Shown piece by piece: positions 32,071-41,463 of a stretch of DNA of 64,000 nt (within the stretch, counting starts at the first letter, position 1; each line of letters opens with the position of its first letter). A program made the position numbers and the translations under genes. Location: positions 248,001 to 312,000 of the IMG/VR virus record IMGVR_UViG_3300047994_000374, one strand, 5' to 3'. The notes under the pieces are model-generated. The model was not told the DNA's origin and did not search any database. It saw only the letters and a program-made list of their open reading frames with translations.

Positions 32071-35031
32071 TTACAACCTTTTTTCAACATACCCGCCCAA
32101 AACTAATGGCTTGTCGCGGTTGGTGATACTTCCTTGAGCATGCGGATTCATGTTTGTAAAAGAATTTGTAACTAAAAATCGATAAGCTATATAAGCATTG
32201 AGAAGCGCCATCATTCCGTCGTTTGGAGTGCTGCCTTTAACATAATGAATGGTCGGATCGCCACCATTTCGGGATATAGATGGCTTAATTTCCATACTGC
32301 AACAATGTTCAATTAACCATCCAACCTTATCATAATCTCCGTAAGGAAAACGAATCATACCCTTTTTCATTTGCTCATATAATTCTGCAATATAAAAATC
32401 TCTTTCAAATATCATTTCTTTAGGAAACGAGTCCTGGGTGTATTTAATATGTCCTGGAGCGTTAATTTTATTATGAGCGCGAGAAACTAAATAACGATCT
32501 CCATACATATTATGAAGTGTCACTGAAAAATCGTTTGAATATCCGATATCTCCTACTGCCAATTGAACATTGTATTGTCGCATTAATTGATCAATGATGC
32601 CTTTTTTGGATTCAGGATCATTCTTTTTAAATTTATGCGCATATTCAATGGAAAGTAAATTCGGACCCTTTGCTAATAAAATAACTGCAGTAGAATAAGA
32701 TTGCCCCGTCGTCTTTACTTTTTCTGGATTGGCAAGCTGTTCTAAATCGTTGCGCAGACCGTAGTCTAATCCCATAACTACAATTTGCTGTTGCTCTGTG
32801 TTGCTATCTATTTTTGCGCGATATTTTCTACCTACATCACCACAATATTCTCTAATTTCATCCGTAGTAATTGGACTTGTATCTCCAGCGAAAAATTCTC
32901 CAAGAACTTCATTTTGAAATACACGTTCGGTGTTAATTGGATGGACGCCTGGTTTTTCAGCAAGAATTGCTTCTTTACTGAACATTGGCATATATAAAGA
33001 GTTAATATGAAATCCAACCATTTTACAATCGGGGTCTTTATCATCTTTAAGCGCGATCCATTTGCCTCGTTCTGCGGCGGCGCGCTTATCTTGTTCATGT
33101 CCACATTTTGTACATTTAACTATAAATGTATGAAGCCATATTTTTTCCCAGTCATCAGAACCTGGAGTATACAGTGGAAAAAAATCTTTACAATTTTCAC
33201 ATCCCAAAAAATAATATTGTTGGGAAGAAGTTTGCCACATTTTATGGAACGATGATCCTTGCTTACGAGGCGTACCGAACATAACTTGTAATCCTTGTGT
33301 CGGTTTGCCATATTTAGCTGTAATTAAAATTTTCTGTGAGTTACCAATAGCAACATCAGTTGTTCTTTGTACTTCATCGAAAATCATTACATCTGCCGTA
33401 TTATGAGTTGGAATACATTGTTTTGTTATCAAATATAGGCGCGATGAGCTATCAACAGTTATACAGCGCATTGGAATGGATGGAATTGGTTTAACATCCA
33501 CAATAAATCTTTGATGTGCTTTTTTTGAAATATTTTTAATATTTGCTAGTTTTCGCTTCATTCTAAAAACTGGAAGCGTAGTCATAAACCGGACCCGATA
33601 TTTATCTTTATACTGAACGTCGTATCTCCAACTTTCTCTTTTATAAATTTTTGCTTTTATGCCTAGGCTTAAAACCAACTCTAATACTTGTCTTGCTAAA
33701 TTCTCTCTCACCTGAACAAACTCTACATTTCCTAATTTATCTACGTGCCCATCAGTATCAAGAAGTCCTTGTAATAGCGCCAACCGTTGATCAAATGACC
33801 CCCTCATATAAATGTCTGGAATGTGTTTATTATACCATTGCCCCTTTTTATTATGAGTATTTTTTAGTTGCTTTAATAATGTAAGCTTATTTGTCAATCC
33901 ATCTATTCTATACGCGGCGGATCTTGATGGAACTTTACTAAAAGAAGTTATTCGTGGCACCAAGGAAGAAGGAATAACATGATGAGAATAATTTGAAAAA
34001 ATTTCTGGATCGGCACTTTCAATATGTCCTGCCTGACACCCGTCACCAAGCCACAATCCTAATAAATAAGGATCTAATGGTAAATCTTTTTCTGGGTAAT
34101 TTAAAGGCTTACAATTTGGAATAGAATGGTTGCTTTCTTTCCCATATCTTAAAGTTTCGAAAATTTGTTTCGTATTTTTAATTTTTGGAATTGGCATATT
34201 TGGAGTTAGACCAACTTTAAAACTATTTGTATTTAATCGATCGCGTTTCGTATGTGTTAGCCAAAGGTGCTCTGCACAAGCATCTACTGTCGTATCATCA
34301 TCAAATGTTATTCTATACGCCTCGGGAGAAAAATTGATTGGATGTAATTTCGTAACTCGACAAATGTTACCATTTTCGTCGAACAATTCATCATTTTCTT
34401 TTAGATCGCGAAGTTTAATAAAACCCGATGGCGTTGGGATATCAATCTCCAATGAAAGTTGACGCCCCATGATGCGATCGCCGTCTAAACCGCAGGACTC
34501 AACCCATAAGTGATTACCGTTTTTAAATTGTTTGAAATGAAGTGAATTACCTTGGTCTGTTCCATCATCAAGCATCAGTTGCATATATGATTTTGCTTTA
34601 CCAGATTTATCTGGCTTTGAGCCTTCGGGAACAATAGAACCATTTATCATTTGAGATAATTTTGTTTTTGAATAAGCAGCTGCAAGCTCACCGAAAGGAA
34701 AAATATGCATTACTCGAATAGGTGGCTTTCCATTAACACCAAACAAACCACTTCCCATAAAATACATTTCAAGAGCCGACGCCATGGTAGTATTTCCCAC
34801 CTGGCGCGATTTTACAACAATCATAGGTTTCGCGTTGGGTTCTAATGCTTTGACACCGAAATACCTATACATATCTCCATAGGGTTTATATCCATTGCCG
34901 TGAATTCTGAATGGAGAACCATCTAATGTGAGATATTTTTCTACGAAATAAATAGGATCAATATTTAATAGAGAATTCTTTAATTGTTCAAATGTTTCAT
35001 TTTGTTCTTGTTTATCCGACTTGCTTTTCAT
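32071..35031 (-). CDS. terL: Terminase large subunit (GpA-like) with intein
   Basis: Walker A KSRQVGNT, Walker B VMIFDE, motif III GTP, CxxC pairs, nuclease GLDYG...ND. Confidence 0.9.
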   Translation of the reverse strand: MKSKSDKQEQNETFEQLKNSLLNIDPIYFVEKYLTLDGSPFRIHGNGYKPYGDMYRYFGVKALEPNAKPMIVVKSRQVGNTTMASALEMYFMGSGLFGVNGKPPIRVMHIFPFGELAAAYSKTKLSQMINGSIVPEGSKPDKSGKAKSYMQLMLDDGTDQGNSLHFKQFKNGNHLWVESCGLDGDRIMGRQLSLEIDIPTPSGFIKLRDLKENDELFDENGNICRVTKLHPINFSPEAYRITFDDDTTVDACAEHLWLTHTKRDRLNTNSFKVGLTPNMPIPKIKNTKQIFETLRYGKESNHSIPNCKPLNYPEKDLPLDPYLLGLWLGDGCQAGHIESADPEIFSNYSHHVIPSSLVPRITSFSKVPSRSAAYRIDGLTNKLTLLKQLKNTHNKKGQWYNKHIPDIYMRGSFDQRLALLQGLLDTDGHVDKLGNVEFVQVRENLARQVLELVLSLGIKAKIYKRESWRYDVQYKDKYRVRFMTTLPVFRMKRKLANIKNISKKAHQRFIVDVKPIPSIPMRCITVDSSSRLYLITKQCIPTHNTADVMIFDEVQRTTDVAIGNSQKILITAKYGKPTQGLQVMFGTPRKQGSSFHKMWQTSSQQYYFLGCENCKDFFPLYTPGSDDWEKIWLHTFIVKCTKCGHEQDKRAAAERGKWIALKDDKDPDCKMVGFHINSLYMPMFSKEAILAEKPGVHPINTERVFQNEVLGEFFAGDTSPITTDEIREYCGDVGRKYRAKIDSNTEQQQIVVMGLDYGLRNDLEQLANPEKVKTTGQSYSTAVILLAKGPNLLSIEYAHKFKKNDPESKKGIIDQLMRQYNVQLAVGDIGYSNDFSVTLHNMYGDRYLVSRAHNKINAPGHIKYTQDSFPKEMIFERDFYIAELYEQMKKGMIRFPYGDYDKVGWLIEHCCSMEIKPSISRNGGDPTIHYVKGSTPNDGMMALLNAYIAYRFLVTNSFTNMNPHAQGSITNRDKPLVLGGYVEKRL
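33400..34461 (-). mobile_element. 354-aa intein with LAGLIDADG domain, class-3 type, starting with Gln
   Basis: GR|QLSLEIDIPTPSG...ACAEHLW...LLGLWLGDG...LLQGLLDTDG...MRCITVD...IPTHN|T. Confidence 0.88.
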
Positions 35032-35049
35032 CGGACATATGCGATATTA

Positions 35050-35682
35050 TTAGCTTTTGTTAGGTAATAATCCATGGAAAGCATCATTATTACTTGGATC
35101 TACTTCAGAGTTCATATCGCGATCTCTCAGTCCTAAATTACTGAAATTCTGATGCGCTGCAGGATGATTGGCTTTCATTTCCAAATTCATTTTGCTAACT
35201 AATCTTAATAGTTTTTCATCATCCCATGCGCTTTGATCTTGAACATCATTTCCATGAATAGCCTGCAAGCGAGAAATAATGGCTGGTAAAGAAGAATTGC
35301 CATTTGTGTCTTTAATAATATTTTCAAGCGTTTGCAATACATGTGGATTTTCATGAATGGCTAATGGAGTTGTATCTTCTTTACTTTGAGCGACAACAAT
35401 TTTATTTCCGGCTTCATTCTGTGATTGTTTGCTAATATTTTTGAGATAATCCGTTAGTCCGCTTCTTTGTTTCATATCTTCAACGGCAGCATCAACGGTC
35501 GAATATTTTGACTTTGAGCCATTCATGATTGAATTTAGTTCATCAAAAATATTATCTTTTCTTGATTGAACTGCACCTTTTTCAATTTCAGAATTATAAC
35601 GATCTGACCAAGTACTATCATATTCACTTGAATCTGATTGTCGGGAAATAACGGATTGATGTCGATTATATTTATTTGTCAT
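35050..35682 (-). CDS. Hypothetical protein
   Basis: 210 aa ORF upstream of the terminase. Confidence 0.7.
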   Translation of the reverse strand: MTNKYNRHQSVISRQSDSSEYDSTWSDRYNSEIEKGAVQSRKDNIFDELNSIMNGSKSKYSTVDAAVEDMKQRSGLTDYLKNISKQSQNEAGNKIVVAQSKEDTTPLAIHENPHVLQTLENIIKDTNGNSSLPAIISRLQAIHGNDVQDQSAWDDEKLLRLVSKMNLEMKANHPAAHQNFSNLGLRDRDMNSEVDPSNNDAFHGLLPNKS

Positions 35683-35684
35683 GA

Positions 35685-36599
35685 TTAGCCTGAAAAGTTA
35701 GCTGCCCAGTCCATATTGTTACTGTCTGAAACTTCTAAATCTTCATCTGGAAAAAAGCCTCTATCGCCGCGAATTGGAAAATTCATATCTTCTAATAGTT
35801 GCATAACTTCGGCTTGTTCGCGAACATCCAATTTAAATTTTTTAACTTGACGCTGAAATAAATCGCGTGAATCATGTCCTGCGGAAACCGTTCCATTGAT
35901 AATGACACGGGCAACTAAAGAAATCAATAGAGGTACCGTAACAACGATACCACTAATACCGGCAGCCTTTTGTGCTTCTTTAACAAGCTCGTACTCTGTG
36001 TCTGACTTCTTTTTGCGATGGGGTTTTTTCGTATCTCGAACTTTCTTTAAACGATCATGAAGCCTCTCTAAACCTTCATCAATTTTAGAACGAATTTCTT
36101 CAACTTTATCAGCATCCAATTCGCCATCTAAATCTAATCTCATTGCTTTTGAAACTTCGGCATCAAGTTTTTCTAAATAAGAAATAGCTCGTTCTAAACC
36201 ACTCTCTTCTTGTCCAGAATGTTTTGGAACGCCTAACAACATATCTTTTACCCAGACAACAAAGCCTTCTGCCCCTTTGCTTTCCCAATCCCACTTACCT
36301 TTTTTACTTGATTTCTTTGCATCGTTCTCGTCTTCTTTTTCTTTAACATGCATGGGCTCTTCAGACACAACAATGGGTTCTGGATCGTGAGTGCCTGGTG
36401 GGGCGCCGGGGATTTCTTCAACAACGATTTCCACATCAACAGGCTCGGAAAGTTCAAGACTTTCTGGCATCTCCTGTAAATCAAGTGGAATAATAATATC
36501 AAGATCGTCATGGGCACTATTGTCATCAGCAGGCAATTGCGATGCTGGTGAGACGAGGTCGAGGGATAAGAAATCTTGGGCGAGTGATTTTAAAGTCAT
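35685..36599 (-). CDS. Hypothetical head-module protein
   Basis: Likely start MTLKSLAQ at 36599; VKEAQ, DDNSA and DENDA motifs. Confidence 0.7.
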   Translation of the reverse strand: MTLKSLAQDFLSLDLVSPASQLPADDNSAHDDLDIIIPLDLQEMPESLELSEPVDVEIVVEEIPGAPPGTHDPEPIVVSEEPMHVKEKEDENDAKKSSKKGKWDWESKGAEGFVVWVKDMLLGVPKHSGQEESGLERAISYLEKLDAEVSKAMRLDLDGELDADKVEEIRSKIDEGLERLHDRLKKVRDTKKPHRKKKSDTEYELVKEAQKAAGISGIVVTVPLLISLVARVIINGTVSAGHDSRDLFQRQVKKFKLDVREQAEVMQLLEDMNFPIRGDRGFFPDEDLEVSDSNNMDWAANFSG

Positions 36600-36642
36600 T
36601 TTAACCTTATTGAGAGAATTCAGATCAATGCCAAAATATTGA

Positions 36643-37413
36643 TTAAATCCAGGTATTGGAATAAGTGTCATTGCCTGAATTTGTAGTGCCATAATCAGGA
36701 TTTTCAATATCTATAGTTTCAGATCCGTCAAGAGCAGAATTTGGAACAATGCCATCTGGAAGTCCAAAAACTCCTTCACTTTCGGCAGCGTTTAAATATT
36801 TGTTCATCAGTAATTTAAGTGTTTTTTCGTCAATAATATCAGAGGGATATTCTTCAGCTACAAGATCATTGGCGAAATCCAACGCTGATTCTTGTTTATT
36901 ATCTTCGTCAGGCAAAGGATTATAACTGAAATTCCCAAATGGCACAGAGTTTGGATAACTTTCAATTTCTCCGGGACCGACCTCTCCTGGAAATTCGGCG
37001 TTCTCTCTGCTTCCTGGAGTCGATCCAATTTCTTGAGGCATTAAATAAGAAGTTGAATCTCCTGCCAACATAGGAGTAACTTGCTCATCTCTTGGAAAAT
37101 CGATAGCAAATTTTGTAATTCTTGATAATAACAATATTCTTGCTTTGCTTTTTTTAGCAGCTTCTTCGGGAATATAACTGTCACTTGCTTTATATTTATC
37201 TTTCATTTTCTTGCGGCGAGCTTTTAAAAAATCGGAAACACTTTTATAATCTTGAAGTCCTGAGTATCCTGATCCTGGTCCTGTATCACTATTTCCAACA
37301 TAATCGTAATTATGAAATAATGGCGTTTCAAATCTTGGCTGAATTCGAATAGCTTTTTCTTTTTTATATGTATGCGGTTCTTCCGTCCCTTGAAAATAAG
37401 ATTTTTTATCCAT
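36643..37413 (-). CDS. Hypothetical acidic protein
   Basis: Starts MDKKSYFQG, a motif shared with the protease repeats. Confidence 0.7.
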   Translation of the reverse strand: MDKKSYFQGTEEPHTYKKEKAIRIQPRFETPLFHNYDYVGNSDTGPGSGYSGLQDYKSVSDFLKARRKKMKDKYKASDSYIPEEAAKKSKARILLLSRITKFAIDFPRDEQVTPMLAGDSTSYLMPQEIGSTPGSRENAEFPGEVGPGEIESYPNSVPFGNFSYNPLPDEDNKQESALDFANDLVAEEYPSDIIDEKTLKLLMNKYLNAAESEGVFGLPDGIVPNSALDGSETIDIENPDYGTTNSGNDTYSNTWI

Positions 37414-38173
37414 TGGGATTTGCCTTTAAATGTTTTTGATAATATTGATAAATAAATTCCGTAATAGGTATATAATTCCAAAGTCCCATTTGAGTAATAA
37501 GTTTTGAAGCTTTATCAGCGTTTTTTTTAAATGCTTCGTTTAATTTTTCTGCCATAACTTTATCGGTAGAAATTTTAATGGTTTGTGGATATTTTTTTAC
37601 AAATTCAATAATAGATGGGTCAATATCGAAATCTAATTTACACGCCAAATAAATGGCTCGAACCACTCGATTACGGTTTGATGTAAGAGTGATTTTTGGA
37701 TCTAAACAAGTTCGTACCATTTTTTCTTTAATATCTTTGAATCCTTGGCGAGTAGGATCAGAAATATTTTTTAAGTCGAGAGACATTAAAAGTGCATTGC
37801 AAGTAAAGTCTCTTGAAAACATTTCTCTTTGTAGATTATTTGGATTGATAATTTGTTTTGCTTTCAAATAATTATCAATGTCATTTACAATAAAATTTGA
37901 AGAGAAATCCATTTTAAGATTGCCAAGAAAAATAGAAGCATGTCCATCTGGCATTTCTTTATAAGTAAGATTGTATTGTTTTTTTAATGAATCGGCGAAT
38001 TCTTTTGCTGCATATGCAATTGTTTTTTCGCCATTCGTTAAATCAATATCAGACACTCTTTCAAGATGCCCCATGTATTTATCGCGTGGAGTCCCTCCGC
38101 ATACACTGATAGTAGAAACATCAAGTTTTTTAGATGTCTCTTCTAATTTTTGAAGTATTTCTCGAAGTTTCAT
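37406..38173 (-). CDS. Class II tRNA nucleotidyltransferase/poly(A) polymerase-like protein
   Basis: VCGGTPRD...DIDL, RDFTCNAL, R..RA...A.KL.F motifs. Confidence 0.88.
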   Translation of the reverse strand: MKLREILQKLEETSKKLDVSTISVCGGTPRDKYMGHLERVSDIDLTNGEKTIAYAAKEFADSLKKQYNLTYKEMPDGHASIFLGNLKMDFSSNFIVNDIDNYLKAKQIINPNNLQREMFSRDFTCNALLMSLDLKNISDPTRQGFKDIKEKMVRTCLDPKITLTSNRNRVVRAIYLACKLDFDIDPSIIEFVKKYPQTIKISTDKVMAEKLNEAFKKNADKASKLITQMGLWNYIPITEFIYQYYQKHLKANPNG

Positions 38174-38189
38174 TCAAGAATATACTAAA

Positions 38190-39848
38190 TTATACGGTTG
38201 GAGGTAATGGCGTTGGAGCCGGTGGGGGAGCCGCAGGTTTTCCATCGAGATCTTCGTCAATTTCTACATTTGGAGTTTCTTTTGTAGCAAGATCCGCTTC
38301 TTCATTTTCTTGCTTCTTGCGATTTTCTTTACGTGCTTTTTCTTTATCAGCGTCAAGTTGCAAGTTATTTTTTACAGATTGAACGGCTGGATTATCTTCT
38401 TGCTGCCCACCTGTCAAATCAACATCGCCGCCTGCTGACGCTCCTCGTAATTTGGCAAGCATATCATCTACGCGAGTTGAAATATAATTGTTCGAATCCA
38501 ATGCTTTATTTTGTGCTTCACTTAAATTACTAAAATAAGAAGCAATTCCAAGTTGTTGCATCATAATATCAATTAGAGCAAGCTGACGAGGGATTTCTCG
38601 AACTTTAAATATTTTTGATAAGTCTTCAAGTTTCGCAACAACATCGTCAATTGTAATATTGGCAAGTGCTGCGTCGATTTTTTCATCGACCGCATTGCCT
38701 TTTGCTGCTTCTGCTTGTTCGTCGGTAGGTACATCATCCTCCGAAACTTCCAAAGGCTTCTCGGTGGCAGGTGGAGCGACTGTTGGGGATGCTGGAGGCG
38801 GAGGGACAACTTGAGCTTCCGATACCATGAGGACGTCATCTTCGACTTCAAGAACATCGTCGGCTGCCTCTAAATCTTTAGGATCTGTGTCGCCCGCAGT
38901 ATCCATTTGAACAAGAAATTCTTCAATACCTTTTGATTTTGGCTTATCTTGAACTTCAGGTGGAGGAGCTTTAAAGGCGCTTACTGGGGGCTGATCTTTA
39001 TTTTGATCGTTAAATGAAGATGTTTGCACATTTGGAACGCCGGGAATTGTTGCGGGTAGTCCTCCAGGTGCGCCTTCAGGTGTCGTTGGCGAAGGTGGGG
39101 GAGTGGCATTTAAATCTGGATCTGCTGTTTTGTATAAAAATTCTGCCGACTTTACTAAACCTCTGCGGCGTAGAACATTGCTTTCACGAACGATCATATC
39201 TTCATACAAACGAACAGATGAGCTTATTTTATTGACAAGTTGAATTTTCTTTTTTAATGAGTAAATGGATTCCATTAAATCTTCAAGCTCATTTCCTGCG
39301 AAAAGCTGTCCCTCTTGTGAGCGAAGTAGTTTCTCAGCAGAATCTAACCGACCAATAATTTTACTTCGTTGCGCCTCAATGGTTTGTTTTTTTTGTGCTT
39401 TTTGGGCTAAATCCTCTTGAACATTTTCGATGGAATGATGATCTGATTTTAATTGTGGAGCTGGAGGATCCTTTTTAAGGTGCAAGAAATATCCTGGTGA
39501 GCCATTTTCATACCATTGCGCAGTTTTATATTTCAATTGATTTCCTTCTTCGTAATATCTCATCCAGTTCAAAAAGTCGAAAGTTTCAGTTGGATTCCAC
39601 TCTTGAGTAACCGATTTAATGGCTTCTCTTCTTGATATTCCATTCTGCTTTTCTTGAGTATATAGCTTTTTAACGGTAGCTACCCACTTCTCTAAATTGT
39701 AATTCGTTGGGGTATACATGACGGCATTATCATTTGGATATGCCTCTTTATTGAGCCTATCATAATTAATGGCGTGAAAATCGAAAAATGAAAACAAGGA
39801 CGCAATTTCTTGTTCTAACCCATATGAATAAAGATTTTTTTTATTCAT
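38190..39848 (-). CDS. Hypothetical head-module protein (552 aa)
   Basis: Multiple KEAY/KTAQ/KSAE/KTAD motifs and Pro-rich linkers. Confidence 0.7.
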   Translation of the reverse strand: MNKKNLYSYGLEQEIASLFSFFDFHAINYDRLNKEAYPNDNAVMYTPTNYNLEKWVATVKKLYTQEKQNGISRREAIKSVTQEWNPTETFDFLNWMRYYEEGNQLKYKTAQWYENGSPGYFLHLKKDPPAPQLKSDHHSIENVQEDLAQKAQKKQTIEAQRSKIIGRLDSAEKLLRSQEGQLFAGNELEDLMESIYSLKKKIQLVNKISSSVRLYEDMIVRESNVLRRRGLVKSAEFLYKTADPDLNATPPPSPTTPEGAPGGLPATIPGVPNVQTSSFNDQNKDQPPVSAFKAPPPEVQDKPKSKGIEEFLVQMDTAGDTDPKDLEAADDVLEVEDDVLMVSEAQVVPPPPASPTVAPPATEKPLEVSEDDVPTDEQAEAAKGNAVDEKIDAALANITIDDVVAKLEDLSKIFKVREIPRQLALIDIMMQQLGIASYFSNLSEAQNKALDSNNYISTRVDDMLAKLRGASAGGDVDLTGGQQEDNPAVQSVKNNLQLDADKEKARKENRKKQENEEADLATKETPNVEIDEDLDGKPAAPPPAPTPLPPTV

Positions 39849-40614
39849 TGGCGAGCTTCTGGGTAATGGTTTCGGAAAGTAATTTTGTTTCGGCTAATCG
39901 TGTTGCAGTGGTTTGTTGAACAACAGTCGGCTCAACCAACTTTAGCGCTGACATTTTTTCATTAAACTTTTCTAAAAATTTGAATGAAGTTTCTAAATCC
40001 AACTCTGCCAATGTCTCTCGAATGCAATCCTGAAGGAGATTGACATGTTGATCGATGTGTTGGATAGTTCCCGAATGATTAATATTCACATTTACTTCGT
40101 TATCCGTTGTAAATTTAAAATATTTATCCATAACATTTGAAAAAGTATTCATGTATTCGATGAGAACACGATCCACTCTGGTATCAATATTTTGTGGGTC
40201 TGCCATAACTAAATCATAAATATTAGCAAGTCGTGCTTCAACTCCTAAAAGTAAAGTGCCACACATCTTTTTAATATCTAATTCATTATCGACCAACTCT
40301 AACATTTTCTTTCGATATTCAGAATTATCATTTAATGAAAGTTTAGTTTCCTCCGCCGTTGTTTTTGTTAATGATTGACGGGCTGCTTGAATATCATTAT
40401 TGATGTGCGTGTAGATGTCAATATAGTTATCTTTGAAATTTTTAAGAGCTGGAACTGCAATAACAAATTTAGTTTCTGATGTAGCAGAATATTTAGCTTT
40501 TAGCCATTCATTGATGTCCTTTAGGTCCATATCTAATATTATTTTAGATATGATCTCCTGACAATCTGGATGCTCTAGAATTTTGCGATATGTATTAGTT
40601 TTCGTTTTTGCCAT
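39841..40614 (-). CDS. Hypothetical protein, possible terminase small subunit
   Basis: N-terminal HTH-like segment plus helical oligomerisation-like region at the start of the packaging operon; function is inference only. Confidence 0.4.
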   Translation of the reverse strand: MAKTKTNTYRKILEHPDCQEIISKIILDMDLKDINEWLKAKYSATSETKFVIAVPALKNFKDNYIDIYTHINNDIQAARQSLTKTTAEETKLSLNDNSEYRKKMLELVDNELDIKKMCGTLLLGVEARLANIYDLVMADPQNIDTRVDRVLIEYMNTFSNVMDKYFKFTTDNEVNVNINHSGTIQHIDQHVNLLQDCIRETLAELDLETSFKFLEKFNEKMSALKLVEPTVVQQTTATRLAETKLLSETITQKLANE

Positions 40615-40659
40615 TAAAATTCTCGCCTTTATCAGGTAAATACGAGATTATTGGCGGTG

Positions 40660-41292
40660 TTATTTGCTAATTATATATATCCCTTTAAACATATTCTTTA
40701 AAAGATCTTTTAAAATTTGTTGAATTTCTGGAAGTAAAGTGGTGTCATAAATAACTGGAATTTTGGTATGATCAAATGCCATAGCTACTACATTTAGATC
40801 GTCGCTATTATCTATAACTGTTAAATTGTCTAAAAACGGAATAAACAACTTTAAATTATTAAGCGATCTTTGATATCGATCTCTAATTTTTTGCTCAGGA
40901 ACATCATGTCCGCCAGCCTCTACCCTCATTTTAACTCTTGCAATATTCAATTCAACTGAACTTAAAGCTACATAAATCATGGTAATTTTATAATTTTTTG
41001 CCCTTGCCATTTGGATATACGGTAAATATTTGTTGCTAGACAAAACGGTTTCAATAGCGATTGTATTATTATTTTTAATCGCTCTTTTAAGCCTCCACTC
41101 AACCATCTCAACTGCAATTTTATTTGTCCAATCTTTTGGAAAGATATTTAAAGTCCATTTAATTAACGATTTATTAATATCATCTGGATTTTGATGTTTA
41201 GGCATCATCCCACTATCAGTATATTTTTTAGCAACGGTGGATTTCCCTGACCCATTTAATCCAGCAATGATATATAAATTAGAATTTTTCAT
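40660..41292 (-). CDS. Zeta-toxin-like P-loop kinase
   Basis: IIAGLNGSGKST Walker A; ETVLS; RV..GGHDVP. Confidence 0.85.
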   Translation of the reverse strand: MKNSNLYIIAGLNGSGKSTVAKKYTDSGMMPKHQNPDDINKSLIKWTLNIFPKDWTNKIAVEMVEWRLKRAIKNNNTIAIETVLSSNKYLPYIQMARAKNYKITMIYVALSSVELNIARVKMRVEAGGHDVPEQKIRDRYQRSLNNLKLFIPFLDNLTVIDNSDDLNVVAMAFDHTKIPVIYDTTLLPEIQQILKDLLKNMFKGIYIISK

Positions 41293-41441
41293 ATCCAAAG
41301 AATTTTACCGGCGCGCATCACTGGAACTTTTCGACCAGCTTTATGATGTTGCGCAATGGCTTCTTTAATTGCTTCATTAGATAATTTATTTATTTCCGCA
41401 ACTTCGCTGCTAAGTTCGGAGGGTTTTTTAAAAATTTCCAT
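41289..41441 (-). CDS. 50-aa partner (antitoxin-like) of the zeta-like kinase (not in the ORF track)
   Basis: MEIFKKPSE...AIAQHHKAGRKVPVMRAGKILWI; GAGG RBS; ATGA overlap with the kinase. Confidence 0.65.
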   Translation of the reverse strand: MEIFKKPSELSSEVAEINKLSNEAIKEAIAQHHKAGRKVPVMRAGKILWI

Positions 41442-41463
41442 TGATTATACCTCAATAATATAT

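Noticed and set aside
37385-37413. YFQG resemblance to the TEV protease site
   Set aside because: No ENL context and no 3C-like protease; treated as coincidence.
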